Shown here piece by piece: positions 38,723-51,576 of a stretch of 64,000 bases of DNA (its first letter is position 1; the number at the start of each line of letters is the position of its first letter). Source of the stretch: Trichinella spiralis (Eukaryota); NCBI RefSeq assembly GCF_000181795.1, contig NW_003526941.1:8544140-8608139 (forward strand), in the 5' to 3' direction. Under the pieces are notes generated by a model. It was not told the origin of the DNA, did no database searches, and was given only the letters and a program-made list of their open reading frames with translations. Made by a program: the position numbers and the translations under genes.

Positions 38723-41365
38723 CTATAAAGGCTTCATCTCTTGAATTTGTTTTATCAAATAAGCTTTTTCGTCATTAAACTGTTCGTCTTCCGTTCGATC
38801 GGAATGGAATTTGCTCAAAAATTCCACCAGACGATCACGATTTCTTATCAAAATATCAGCAATAGGTTTGGGTTTAGCTGGATTTGCAACAAATACCTGA
38901 AGAAGAAAAAAACAAACCAAACCAAAAAAAATAGCAAATAGCACAAATTGTTAATATTATTATTGAATTATACTTTGAAAACGTGGAATGCTTCGAATTG
39001 GATACTTCTGCTGCGTTCGATCAGAAGATTCATCATCAATTTCAAATTTTCAGGATTGCTAATGTATCGAGTCATCACGTTGAAATTGTGCCTATCTAAA
39101 AGCAACTCGCCAAGCAGCTGAAAAGAAATCACATATACACAATTCAACAAAACAACAATAAATGCTCTTTCTTAATACCTTCAACGACTGTCTCCTCGTT
39201 ACATAATTTTCGGAATTGAGCAAATGTTGATAGGCCTCAAAAAATCGATCATAATTCTGTTCAAGAAATTCTGCACACAGAGCTTTGTGCTTCGTGATCA
39301 AATCCTAAAATACGAAATAAACGTTGATGATTTTTTTTAAATCATAATTTTCTCCAGTGCCATTCCGAAAGTTTATTCAATCATGGTGCATCGAAAAATT
39401 AATAATTATATTATTTACAATAGCATCTATTCACAATTTTGTCATCACATATTAACACAAATTTCTAAAACTTGACAACATTAATGATGAACAATTTTAT
39501 TTAGAAATGGAAAAAAAGGAAACTGTTTTTTTCCAATATTGGATTTAACAAAACAATTATAATAAAACAACAATTAGTTTACCTTGAACGTGCTAAAAGC
39601 GTCAGAAGCTACTTCAAATGTTGACCCTTCGACATAGGTAAAAAATCTGTATGTTTCTTCAAAGGAGAGCAACATGCGCGCCAATGGTTCGTGCCGAATA
39701 CATTCCCGAAGCATACTGCCGCAACAGAGTGCAATTTCGGACACTTCATAACTGTAATGAATAAAAAGAAAAAAAATAAATGTTAGCATTCATACATGCA
39801 AGTGAAGCAATTCATGAAAAATTAGTATTCGAATTCAAATTTGTCAATTCTAGTTTGCACCATTAGCAGCAAAAGTACAATTATGTAATGAAACGTCAAT
39901 TTTAATTAACAAAGGAAAATCTGAAAATCGCATCACCCACACTGAAATAAACATGCACAAAATTTATACAAAATAAAATTATTTTGTTTTCATAAAAGAA
40001 AAGATTTTTTTCCATCTTCGAAGAAAATAATTGAAAAAGCAAATCGTTATTATTCGTTTCGCTTATTTACAATTGTGAACGTAATTTGTAGTATAGAATA
40101 ATTACTTCAAAAGTAAAAAAAAGAAATAATAAAAATTTTGCATTGAAAATTATGAAATAAAAAATTTTTTTATGAAAAAACGACTTTAAAAGAATCAAAA
40201 TGATCTGTAAAAACAATAAAAAACAACATTGAACTGAAATGAAATGAATGCACGTCGAAATGGTACAGTAGAAGAGACAATCAAGTTGTTCGAGCAACTA
40301 CTGCACATTCGATGACCGAATTGAGATTGAATTGAAAGCAGCAAATTTTACTATTAGCGAGAGTGAATTTTCCATTTCGGAGTACAATAATGACATTAAT
40401 TATGTAAGTGAGTATTTAAAAATCAAACAAAACGAGGAGACATTTCGTCACGCGAATGCGTCACAGGCGCAATTGGTTTCGGCGTTGTTGGTTGGATAGA
40501 GCGAAACGCCGACTACTACTCATCACACACTCACTGACTTGCATGCACAATGGAAACGCTGTTTGGCGATTGATCAAACACACACACACACAGAGACAGA
40601 CACACACAAGCTGTTCAAAACTTACCCTTTAATAAGTGCTACGAGAACTTCCGGCTTGGCACTCAGGTATTCAACCGTCGGGCTTCGGGTGCCAATCTGC
40701 CTTCTGAGCAGATTGTTGAAAATCAATGCAACATCTTTTTTCGACTAAAAACAATTCACCATATATCCAAGTGCAAGTGCAAATCAACAAACGCCTCCCT
40801 CGCGTGCGTTGAAAAATACTTATCGCATCAATAATACTTTGCTGATCAATGCTGAACAAATGAAAAACAACGCCAATCAATGTGCTTACAAAATTATTCC
40901 ACCACAAATGAACAAACTATCATGACCACCACCGGTGGCGGTATTATATTGAATTTTAAAATCAAAATAACAAACACAATGCAAAAATTGAATTGAATCA
41001 ATTACCTCAAAATCGAATCGAACCAAATTGTTCACTAGCAACGGAAGCAGTCCGCAACTGTAAGTTTCTTGCGCAAGTTGGGCAATCAGTTCGGTCTGCG
41101 GTTCGCTGTCCCCGCTACCGTACAGGACCGCTTTGACTGCCTGTAAATTTCTTGCCGCCTCTTCTTGTGCCTTGATAAAAAAAAATAAATAAATAACAAG
41201 AATATCGCCGCCGAGTGAAATTATCAAAAATTCCAATTCCAATGAAAACCTCAATTCGCATACTTTGTCCGACTTCTTCTCGCCGCGTTCCAAAACGACC
41301 ACCGCATCTTTCAACGATTTCACAATGTCTGACGGGTGTTTTTGCGACTTACCAAATAAAGGCAT
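38723..41365 (-). CDS. CAB39: Calcium-binding protein 39 / MO25, complete 7-exon gene
   Basis: [20 protein letters not shown]...AQLAQETY...[30 protein letters not shown] ... [28 protein letters not shown]. Confidence 0.97.
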
Positions 41366-42388
41366 TTGAACAAAATTATAAAAAAAACGCTGCTAATGCT
41401 ATTCACAACACTCCTCACCAGCGACAAAAATAACTCAATTTAAAGATGTCAAAAAATGTCAAATCAATCTCTATTACCTGATGCGAGTCTGTTTTCAAGA
41501 AAAACTGTGAAAACAGTCAGAAATAACCGCTTCAATGAATTACAGTATTTTCTTTGCGATGCTCAATTACACTGGCATACTGTAATTGTCATATTGGAAA
41601 ACTTGTCGTCGGTTGATTGGAAATTTCAACAATGGGACCACTTATGAACTAATTTGATAAAATAAAAAAAAATAAATAAATATACGTATATATTTTTTCA
41701 CTTTGAAAACAAAACAAAACTGTGCATACCGAATGCTGTGCCGCTTGAAATCGTTCCGCACACGTATGACGCCGAAACTTTTTCATTTTTCAAAACAACA
41801 ATAAATCAGTTGTTTTTTTTTCTTGAAATTTACACGCATAAGTTTGGAATTTTTTTTCAAATGTTTGCTTTCTAATCGATGAATAAAAAAAAGGGGTTGG
41901 AGGGAGGTGCGTTTACATTTGCACAACCGACGCCCCTTTTTTTTGTGTGCACATTTAGCCAAAGTGACGAAAAAAATCCCAAATTTCAACCATGTTGCAC
42001 TTCGTGAATAAAAATGCAAAACGAATAAATGAATAAAATTTATTTTGCATTTTTTCCCAGTTAATATCAGCCATGTTTTCTCGTCTGAAATGTCAATATT
42101 ATTAGTAGGCGAATAATAAACAAACACTTTTCACAATCGATCAAGCCATGAATAAATGCAACAATAAATAAAGAGCAATGAATGAACTTGAATCATCATC
42201 ATCATCATCATATTGGAGTCAGATGATGAAATCAACAATTAACTTTGAATATTTTTCTAAAAGTGAACAAATATCGTCGCCGCAGTAAATGACAACAATA
42301 TGCAAACTATAATTTCCTTCAACAGGTAGAAAAAAAAGCTGCATATTCTACGAGAAAAAAAGCAGATCTAAAAATAACAAGAATGTGA

Positions 42389-43069
42389 TCATTTCAATCG
42401 ACTCCCACTGGTCGTCAGTGTGTGCGTGTGAAACGTTTTGAAATTGCGCTTCGAAAACTGACTGTTCTTGTCGACCGAATGTACTTCGCCGCTTGTTCGA
42501 CTGGTATTGGTGTTCGAATTCAACGAAGCGGAATCCAACAACAAACAGCTGTTCACTGTTGGGAAACAGCCACGCCCTTGCTGGTGGTGGATCAGCTGCT
42601 CTTGACGCAGTTCTTCGTTGCGTCGTTCCATTTGTCTGGTCTGTTCACTGATCGCCAGCAGGTCCGGCTTGGACAGTTCAACGTATTCCGTGGTCGGACG
42701 TGGTCGGTTGGCCGGTGGCCAGACGAGAAATTTCTGCTGTTCAACCGGCGACATTAAATCAACCGTACACCAGTCGTCACAGTCGCTGCTGATCGAGCTG
42801 CTCATGTTGAAGCACTGACCAGTGTTGTAGCCCAAGTGGCTAATTTTGCGGTATTCTTCAAGCTGCTGCAAGCTTCGTCGAAAACTTTCCGGAGAATTAG
42901 CATAGTCGTCAGCAAAGTAGGTGGAACGTCTACGGTCCAACGAAAGCAACTGGTCGAAATCGTCGGCCAGAGATTCACAAGAACCGCTCGGTGAATTGTT
43001 CACCGACGGCAGACGTACCACTCTGGCAAAATTGCCACTACCCCAATGAAATCGTCCATTCTTTTCCAT
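42389..43069 (-). CDS. Hypothetical intronless 226-aa protein, Ser-rich and probably disordered, with a short coiled coil
   Basis: Uninterrupted ATG-initiated ORF with visibly higher GC than its flanks and TTTCAAG just before the ATG. No family recognised. Confidence 0.55.
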   Translation of the reverse strand: MEKNGRFHWGSGNFARVVRLPSVNNSPSGSCESLADDFDQLLSLDRRRSTYFADDYANSPESFRRSLQQLEEYRKISHLGYNTGQCFNMSSSISSDCDDWCTVDLMSPVEQQKFLVWPPANRPRPTTEYVELSKPDLLAISEQTRQMERRNEELRQEQLIHHQQGRGCFPTVNSCLLLDSASLNSNTNTSRTSGEVHSVDKNSQFSKRNFKTFHTHTLTTSGSRLK

Positions 43070-43163
43070 CTTGAAATTCCACCTAATTGTGTTGTTTGTT
43101 CTTCGTTGGGTTTTTCAATTTCAAAAAGTGAAACCAATTCCAAGAAAGATCAAGTCACAAACT

Positions 43164-43176
43164 ACATCATCATCAC

Positions 43177-43207
<31 letters not shown>

Positions 43208-43260
43208 TACTTCTTCTAATTCTTCATCCTCTTGCCCCTCCTCCTCGTCGTCGTCGTCGT
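43164..43260. repeat. (TCA)n/(TCG)n low-complexity tract
   Basis: catcatcatcaccatcatcatc... and tcgtcgtcgtcg. Confidence 0.85.
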
Positions 43261-44688
43261 AGGCTTATTGGACGTCGCTGTGTGGTCATAGTTTTGTGGA
43301 ACATCATTTTGAACAATTCTTTACAATTATTCGAATAAACTCAATCTTTACACTATCATCAATTCAGCGATCGACATCCAATCTCCACTGAGATTCATCG
43401 ACCACAGCCAATGATTATGTCCCAATCAAGGGTAAAGATTTCGACAGGCTCAAACGATTAATGAGTTCCACTGCATCTCAGTCACTTGGACGCCAAATTG
43501 CCACTTCCGCTAAAGTATAGCTGTCAAAATTTCTTGGCACACAGTTAAGCGACAATGCTATTCTGTCAAGCTAGGACGAAAATGAACTGCATTCAACTGA
43601 TGGATGCATCGATTACACACGAAGACATCAAATGTTTCGAAATAAGTCTCATTTCAAATTCACTGGTCAATCAATAATAATCACAGCATCAGAACTTCAC
43701 TAAACTCTCTTCAAACTGCAATTCTTTCTGCATCATGCATTTTTCAAGTTAAGTTGGGCAAATTAAAAATACAATATAACCATTGAAATATTTCAATTGC
43801 ATTCGTCATTTCATCAACAAATTCAAACCAACCACGCAATATATATATAATAAACTGTGCGCATAACCGATTAATCACTGCTCTTCCACTTGACAACTCT
43901 CCTCCTCAACGTTTTCATCAGTAAAAAAAGTGAATTTTAAATAAAAACAAAACCATAATAATTCTATTCATCCAATACTTGCAGCAGCATAATATGCAAA
44001 ACTTGCTAGCAATCTGCCATGAGAGAATTTTAAAATTCCAATTTACTATACAAACTGCTGAATAACAATGAACTTGCTTTGAAATTTATCCTTTTCTCAC
44101 ATGAGAAAACAAACAGACAGAAACCAACTGATAAAAAATAATAAATTACTTTCAAAAATTTTCTCCAATATTATTCGAATAAATCAAAAACTTCATATTT
44201 TCACAACAAAAGTTTTATAACTACTTCTGCTCAGTTGTAGCATTTAAACAAAAATAAATAAGCTGAAAAATTTCCCTCTCTATATAACAAATACCGAATA
44301 TTTCAATGTGGAAAAATAATATATTTAAATTTCACAGAAAAAAATCTACGCATACCAAACCTTATTCGAAATATTCAAAATTATCTCAGTTATTACAATA
44401 CAAAAAAATATTTCTCAAAACAGAATTTCTGCAAATTTTAAAATATTTTCCCATTTATTACATTTACTATTTAAGCTCTGCTGTAAAAACTAAAACTGTA
44501 ATGTGCTAGTGTAGAACTCGTGTAGCGCATGATCAATGTAAGAGAAACGCACTTTTGACAAACCCAGTAGATGAAAAAGAAAAACAAACACATGCACAAA
44601 ATTAACATCATCTGCTGTGCAAAACGTAGTATTTATCAAAGTATAATTAAATATAAAAAAAGAAAGAAATTCACTTACTTTTATTTAT

Positions 44689-46247
44689 TTAAACTTTCTG
44701 CTTGATTCCTGACGAAGGTCGTTTCTTACTTTGCAATTTGATGCTGATGAAAAGAAAAAGCGCCACCGCCAAAATAAACCAGTAAAGTGTGAAATCAGAG
44801 ATCTTGTTGAATTTGATATTCATCGTACTGATCATATCCAATTCTTGAAGGACACTTCTATTGTAGACTTGCTCAGGTTGCTGATCTCCGTAATATTCAA
44901 ATGGACGACCAGCACCGCTTGTAACATCACATGCATTCATACCAAGACATCTCAAATAGGAAACGAGCACTAAACTTGCAAGTGAAGTAGTCCAAGCATC
45001 ACATTTGTCTACAAAGATAAGAATAAAAAATTGATCAGTACTGTAATATAAAACCAACAATCGAAATTCTACCTGAACTTCCCGCAGAAGTGTAGCACCC
45101 GCTTTCGTGCTGACCGTTGATAAGTAAAGGAAGCCAACTTAATCGAAGAAATTCATAATAACCCAAATGCCCACATGCAAATTCTATATATATGCAAAAA
45201 AATATACATGAAATCTTCAAAAAAGAAAAATTAATTAAGAAAGAAAACTGTGAGCGTACGCATGGCCAAGCCCAAAGGTTCTTGCTTTTCAGGTTCACGT
45301 CGGGCGGTATATCTATTTTCGAGTAAATAAAATAGATTTGAGCACAATTCGGTTCGCAAATCGATAAGGCCATCACGGAATTTCAATTCACGAAGATGAT
45401 TTTGCAACGTCCGCAAACAGTTTGCCTGAATGGATTGTGTTGAAGATAAGGGAAAAATTACAGATACAATTTAAAATGAGAAACAAATACCACTTCAAAT
45501 GCAACTGTCAGCAAAACTCGACCAACCAAATGAGAACACTGCAAACGCTTTTCGTGCAACAAATATCGATAACATTCCTCAGGTATGTCGTCGCATGTCC
45601 AATTGCAGCTCTGGTCTGTTTTCGTACCTTTGCCATTTATTTCCGAACACTTCATCACCTGATTCAGCTTCGATACGCAGTTCAAAAATTTAAACTTCAA
45701 TATTTCATAGCTGTCGCTTGAAGTATCACCAGCTAGTTCTGGAGATAACTGGCGCCAACGACGAACAGGCTGTAAATTCAAACGCTTTGGGAAAAATGTA
45801 AATTGGCGAGAAAAATACTCAGTCTAAAAACAGAAATGAGAAATAATTTTTCTCTTGTTCTTTTCGGCTAATAAAATCGCACCTTTGCAAATATTTCAGC
45901 ATCTGCTTGTCGTACGCAATGCACCTTTCTTTCTGCTAACAATGAAACATTTTCTTGCAATTTGATCAGATCATTTTCAAATGCACCGCGGATAAAGTTG
46001 CTCTCTTTCAAAATTAACGGACTTTGTCCTAATAAGATCAAAAGAGAAAAAAATAAAATGCAAAATTACGGAAATTAAATTTTGAGGCGATTGAAATTGA
46101 CAATTACACCAACTAACCTTCGATAAAACGTAAAGCAAACAAATCTGGAGATGAGCAATTCTTATTTTGTGACGAATAATATGATACAATTGATAATAAA
46201 GCTCGGATAACCAATTTTGCTAAATTATTTGAATTTGCTGCCATCAT
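44689..46247 (-). CDS. C16orf89/UPF0764 (DUF4735)-like protein with C-terminal transmembrane segment, multi-exon
   Basis: Spliceable exons from MMAANSNNLAKLVIRALL. FACGHLGYYEFLRLSWLPLLINGQHESGCY and CDAWTTSLASLVLVSYL resemble the family pattern CGxxGxxxFxxxxWLxxIxxxQxxxGC...CxxHxTxxA. Hydrophobic LYWFILAVALFLFISI is followed by a basic tail. Confidence 0.6.
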
Positions 46248-46682
46248 TTTACCGCCAAATTTTCCCCTTCTAGAATACAAGAGAAACACGGTTATTTTTT
46301 TAAAAAGTAGGTACAAATTTAGAAAATCGAACATGAACGTTTAAAATTTCAGCTGATATTTATAAATTTATAATTAAAATTTTCAAAACATTTCATTAAT
46401 TTAACTTATATTGAATACATGAATTTATATGAAAATAATAAATTTCAAAATTTTTCAAATATATTACGGGTCAAGGGCAGCTACAGTATGCAAAATCTTT
46501 ACCAAGCAAATGTAGCAAAGCGGATCATATATACGTATAACTGAATGCAAGTTCAATGCAATTTTTCAGTGTATTATTTCGAAATTTACACGACAATTCC
46601 AAAGTTATAAAATGTTACCTTAATTATCATATATAAATATATTACTGTACCGAAAGAATTGGCGCGCAGACTGCTCGAAGTG

Positions 46683-49600
46683 ATGGCATCGCTTGTTCCA
46701 TTTCGTTTTGGCCATATTTCTGGAATAGTGAGTTTATCGCTGAATTCTGAAGAACGGTAAAATTAAATAATCAATTATGCTGATGTCTGATGTTAGCAAA
46801 CAACTTTTCATGTACATTTTTTTAGGTTGATAATCAGCGCTGGTGAAGATGGTCAAATTCGAGCATGGAAAGACTTCGAACAGGAAGAAACAAGAACATA
46901 CGATATTACTGAATGTATCACTGCCGTTGCTTGTTCAGTATGAATTGCCGTCTGTGTTTGTTTTCGACTGGCTTGACGTGAAATCGAAATATTTTTCAAG
47001 GGAAATCGTGCTTTTGTCGCAACTGAAACGAATACCGTAAACGAATACAATTTACTTAATGGAGAGTTCGTATGCACCGTGACTCGTTGTTCTCTTCCAA
47101 TTACCAGAATCGTCGTTTCGCCCACAGGTACCCATATTCTCGTCTCCAGCTGGTAAGATTATTACATTTCTTACTGTTGAAAAAAGTTAATATCGCGTTA
47201 TGATTTTGCCTTTTCCAATGATACGGCTGAAAAAAAACAGTGAAATGTATTTTAATTCAAAAATTTTGTTCATGTTTTACAGTGATTTCACGGTAAAGTA
47301 TGTTAATGTGGAGGACAAGTCATTCACTTCTCTGGAAGGGCACGGTGGCCCTGTGCTCAGTGTCGCGGTGGATTCATCGGAAACATACGCCGCTACATCT
47401 TCGTGTGATAGCTGCTTGAAAATATGGCGACTTTCGGATAGCCAGTGCATGAAATCCTTGCCAATATTGAAAAGTTCTTCTGAATTCAGGTAGGTATCCA
47501 GACTGATGGTTCATTGTTGGCAAATATGGAATAAAAATTTCATTTCAGCTTGTCAGATCCAATGCTTAAAATAGACTGGTCACCAAATTCCAGCGAAGTA
47601 AGACTGACTGCATTATGAGGGTTACTTTTTACTGATTGCATTGATACTATTTCAAGCTCTTGGCCGTTCCATCTGAAAATGTGGTCAAACTGTACACCAG
47701 AGAATCTTGGAATCTGAAATCGGAGTTGCAATGTGAAAATGTAACAAGTGTAAGAAAGTTTGACATTTGAATTAAAATTCTTTATCACTCAAACTACACA
47801 TTACCGAATATTTTCATTTCCATTCTAAATGAAGTTTATGTTTTAGCCGTGTAGTATCTGCGTGTTTGATCCGAGCGGGAAAATGCTAGCGGCGGCTTAC
47901 ATGGATGGTTCATTGTGTATATACGATGTCGTTACGTCGACTTGCCTTTTCAAGTAAAACTTCTCACTGCTGGTCTTCTTTCAGCCGCTTGTTAGCTAAC
48001 TTCAGGTATTTCCATATTTTCCAGAGAAACTACATCGAAAACTATGGCCGATATGATTTGGAATACATTTGAACAAGACTCGTTGTTGCTGGCCGATATA
48101 GAAGGTTGCGTTGGTGTGTGGAAAAATTTGAACAGTACAGCAGCGAACGAAAAAGATACAGAAACAGCTTTATCAGTTGGTCGTAAAATTGCTATAATTG
48201 ACGACGAGGATTCCAAAGGTAGAGAACAAATAAATAGAAACTTTCACAATCTAAAAAAAAGAAATGATTGAAATTTGTTTTTGATTAAGATTTCGATCTT
48301 GGAGCAATAAAATCTCAATTTATGACGCAGTTGAGCGAAGATGCCGGTACACCTGCTGCTGGTGGTGGTGGTGGTGGAACAGCAGTGGTTTCTGAAGAGC
48401 AAATGTTGCATATTTTTAAAAAGTGGGCAAAATCGACAGAACTGAAACCGTTTGCCTCTGCTTCTACACCTCTCAATCATCAGAAACGCTATATGGTAAT
48501 TTTCTAATTCATGCAATTAATTACTTATTGACATTTCTTTTCTCTTTTCTTCAGAAATGGAATGCCTTCGGAGTGGTGAAACAAATTTCCGGTGAACTGG
48601 ACGGTATAGATGTCGAATTTCACGATCCGTCTGTTCATCATTCTCTCCATTTTGATAATGCAGTTACGGAATTTTTTGCCGGAGATCTATCCGATGAAGC
48701 GATAGCATTCGCCTCTGCGAAAACAGCCACAAATAACAGGTACATGTGAAGGAAACAAAGAGAAAAAACTTTTTTTTTTTAAAAAATAAAATTGTTCAGT
48801 CAAATTTTCGTCGCTCATTTCGCTTCTTGGGATGCTTCGAAAGAATGGTCGGCAGATTTGCCTGAATCAGAAAGTATTGAAGTAAAGTTTTTCCTTTCTG
48901 ACACATACAACCAACCATACTTTATACCTTTATCTTTTTCAATCGTAACATTCAACATCTGCTGCAGTGTTTGTGCATTGGCAAAGGTTGGGTTGCGTTT
49001 GTGTCCAGCAAATTGCTGTTGCGTGTCTACACATTGTCCGGTTTCCCGTTGTGGACTAGCTGTTTAAATGGTTCCATAGTTACCATGACTGCAAGAGGTG
49101 AACGACTGGCCGTCGTTTACAAAGAAGGAACAAGTACTTACTTATTGGTTTATCACTTACGCAAGCATGTGGCGTTGAATGATATTTGTTTGCATAAAAA
49201 TAAAAATAAAAATAAAAATTCAGCTTTCATCGGTCAACAAGCATCGTTACGTTGTTCCTTGTACGCTCTCAACTGGTCCACCGAAAGTGTAGGAGACAAG
49301 ATCCAACTGCTCGGAACTTATGCAGTGGCGTTGAGCGCTGGAGCCACTCTTACTTGGCTGTGGTAAGTTGACAAATTTCTTTCAGTATTTCCAAAAAAAG
49401 CAACCACATTATTCAATAATAAATAATATTTACCCCATTCATAGCGTGACAGAGAAAGGAAATTGTTGCACAGCTGATTCGAAGGGTACAGTGCGCATTT
49501 TATCCGGTGGTATTTGGCTGTTAGCTTGTGATTTAACAAAAGCGGTAACACAATTTACTGGCATGGAAGAAGTAAAGAAAACGAAAAGAAATTTTTCAGG

Positions 49601-51065
49601 CTTACCACGTTTACGACCATTTGTGGCCAGTAGATGTATTGGAATCGTCGTGTGAAGTGCTCTGCGTCCCTTGCAACAAGTCGTTGTATCCAGCTTTTGC
49701 TCCGAAGCCTGTGATGGTTCAAGTGAAGTGGAATGTGGATTTGTGCGATTGCAATTTGGGCAGAACTGAAATCGAGCAGCCGATAATGATTTCTTCGATC
49801 CAGAGCCGAGTTTTGGCCAACAGCGAAGTCGAACTGGAATATGCTGACAGGAAAGAATTGTTGAAAACGTTTGCCGTATGAAAAAGAAAAACTTACTTTA
49901 ATTTTTCCACTGTTATGAATTCCATATTGAATTAATTGAATGCATCAATCAATATTGTTAGATCGCATGCAAAACGGAACGATACGCCCGAGCGTACGAC
50001 ATTGCATCTTTAGCGTCGTGCAAATCGTTGAAAACGTTCATCAAGTATATTCGTTGAGATTGTGTCTCCTCACTGGTGGAAAATGAAATTTGCATTTCAG
50101 ATATGCCAACGAGAACAGATGCAAGCTGTTGGCGGAAAAGCTTGCTCGCCTGTTCGAACAGAAGCAGGAGCTGTTGGAAAGAAGGAATACCAAAAAACAA
50201 GAGCAAGAACAACAACAAATGACGATAACAGCACAAAATACAAATCAACAGTCAACCCAACGATCAATTGTTATTCGAACCGTGACAGAGAAACAACGCC
50301 AACAGCTACCGGCGTTCACTTCAACACCATCTTCAACTTTGAGTTCGCTGTCCTTCATGCAGGATGTGAGCATGACGGATGCATCCGCCGCTACTGATTT
50401 GTCAGACGTGACGTCATCTTTGCTAGTGCCCAATTTCAAAACACCAACCAGTCGAAATCCTTTCAAAGTGATCGTCTGTTTTTTCGCGCGAAATTAATGA
50501 CAATAAACTGCTCTATTTCAGCGTACCTCTCAAAGTAGCAACACTTTTACCGACGATGGGGAAAGCATTTTCGACAAGTCAACTCCAAAAAAAAGACTAC
50601 TCACCAAATATGATCAAAAAACAACTACAGCAGTAAATTTCAAAAAAAAATTTCAAATTTCAAAACTTTACATCATATATATATATATATATATCTGTAT
50701 TTGGTGAATACATCTATTTTACATTTCAGGAAAAATCTCAAGGTAGCAACAAAAGTAGCAGCAAACAAACTTCACTGATTTCAACATGGTCATTGCCGAC
50801 AGAAAGTGAAAATCAGTTTTCGCAAGATTTGTTTGCCCCAACTGAAAAGAAAACAACTCCAATATCACTCGACCAATTCAGATATACGGAAAAGCATCAA
50901 GCCAGCGTGAAAACGGTGGAACCATTTCCAGAATGGATGGAAAATAACAAAATTATGTTGATGGAAACTTTTGGAGGTGATTCAACGGACAACATGTCGT
51001 TTACACAGTTCGCTTTGAAGCAATACAGGCATTACAAAGATACTTTGTCCAGTCAAGACAAGTGA
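46683..51065 (+). CDS. WDHD1: WD repeat and HMG-box DNA-binding protein 1 (AND-1/Ctf4), multi-exon
   Basis: MASLVPFRFGH...IISAGEDGQIRAW; LEGHGGPVLSV; SepB region PFASASTP...RYM|KWNAFG, IDVEFHD..HH, HFASWDASKEW, RVYTLSG, WPV; PTSRNPFK; degenerate HMG-like end PFPEWMENNK. Stop at 51065. Confidence 0.93.
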
Positions 51066-51576
51066 ATGGGATTCTTTTCTTAAAATAACTTTTATATATT
51101 GATTATTCCATTACAATAAACAATATTTACAGTATAAGTTCACGACTACTTGTACTAACAACATCTACCTCTATCGCAGGTTGACTGACTGACTGACTGT
51201 CACTCTATAGCTTCTTCTCTTATTCAGGAAAACAATAACCAAATTTAAATAACATCCTGATTACCAAAAAATACCTTGTCTTTCAATGATTATCGACGAA
51301 ATTGAAAACGTGAAATCTTACTGTGTTAATAATTAAAAAAAATCGTACCTGACAAAATTACAGTATGCTACTGCATTGGAGGTGTAAGTGTGGGCAAAAC
51401 AAAATTTCAGTTGGACGAAATATCTTTCCTTTTCGGTTCATTTCAACGCGGAGTGACGTGATCCTTATACTGCCATAAATCAAATTGGAAATGGATTTTG
51501 TCAGGTTAGTGTTTTTTTTATGATTCGAATCTTCAATTTTGCATTTTCAGTCGATAATGTTCCATTGTTTAGAGAT

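Larger units (their letters stand above)
23950..40931 (+). repeat. Copy 2 of the ~17 kb duplication (gap-free copy)
   Basis: Colinear with 6364-23939 and continues into unique sequence after tgaccacca at 40931. Confidence 0.97.

Noticed and set aside
43071..43262. Poly-Ser 63-aa ORF
   Set aside because: Microsatellite-derived, with a TTG start.
51459..51461. In-frame TGA upstream of the TM microprotein as possible selenocysteine or readthrough
   Set aside because: No SECIS-like hairpin or redox motif is seen; a downstream ATG start is simpler.
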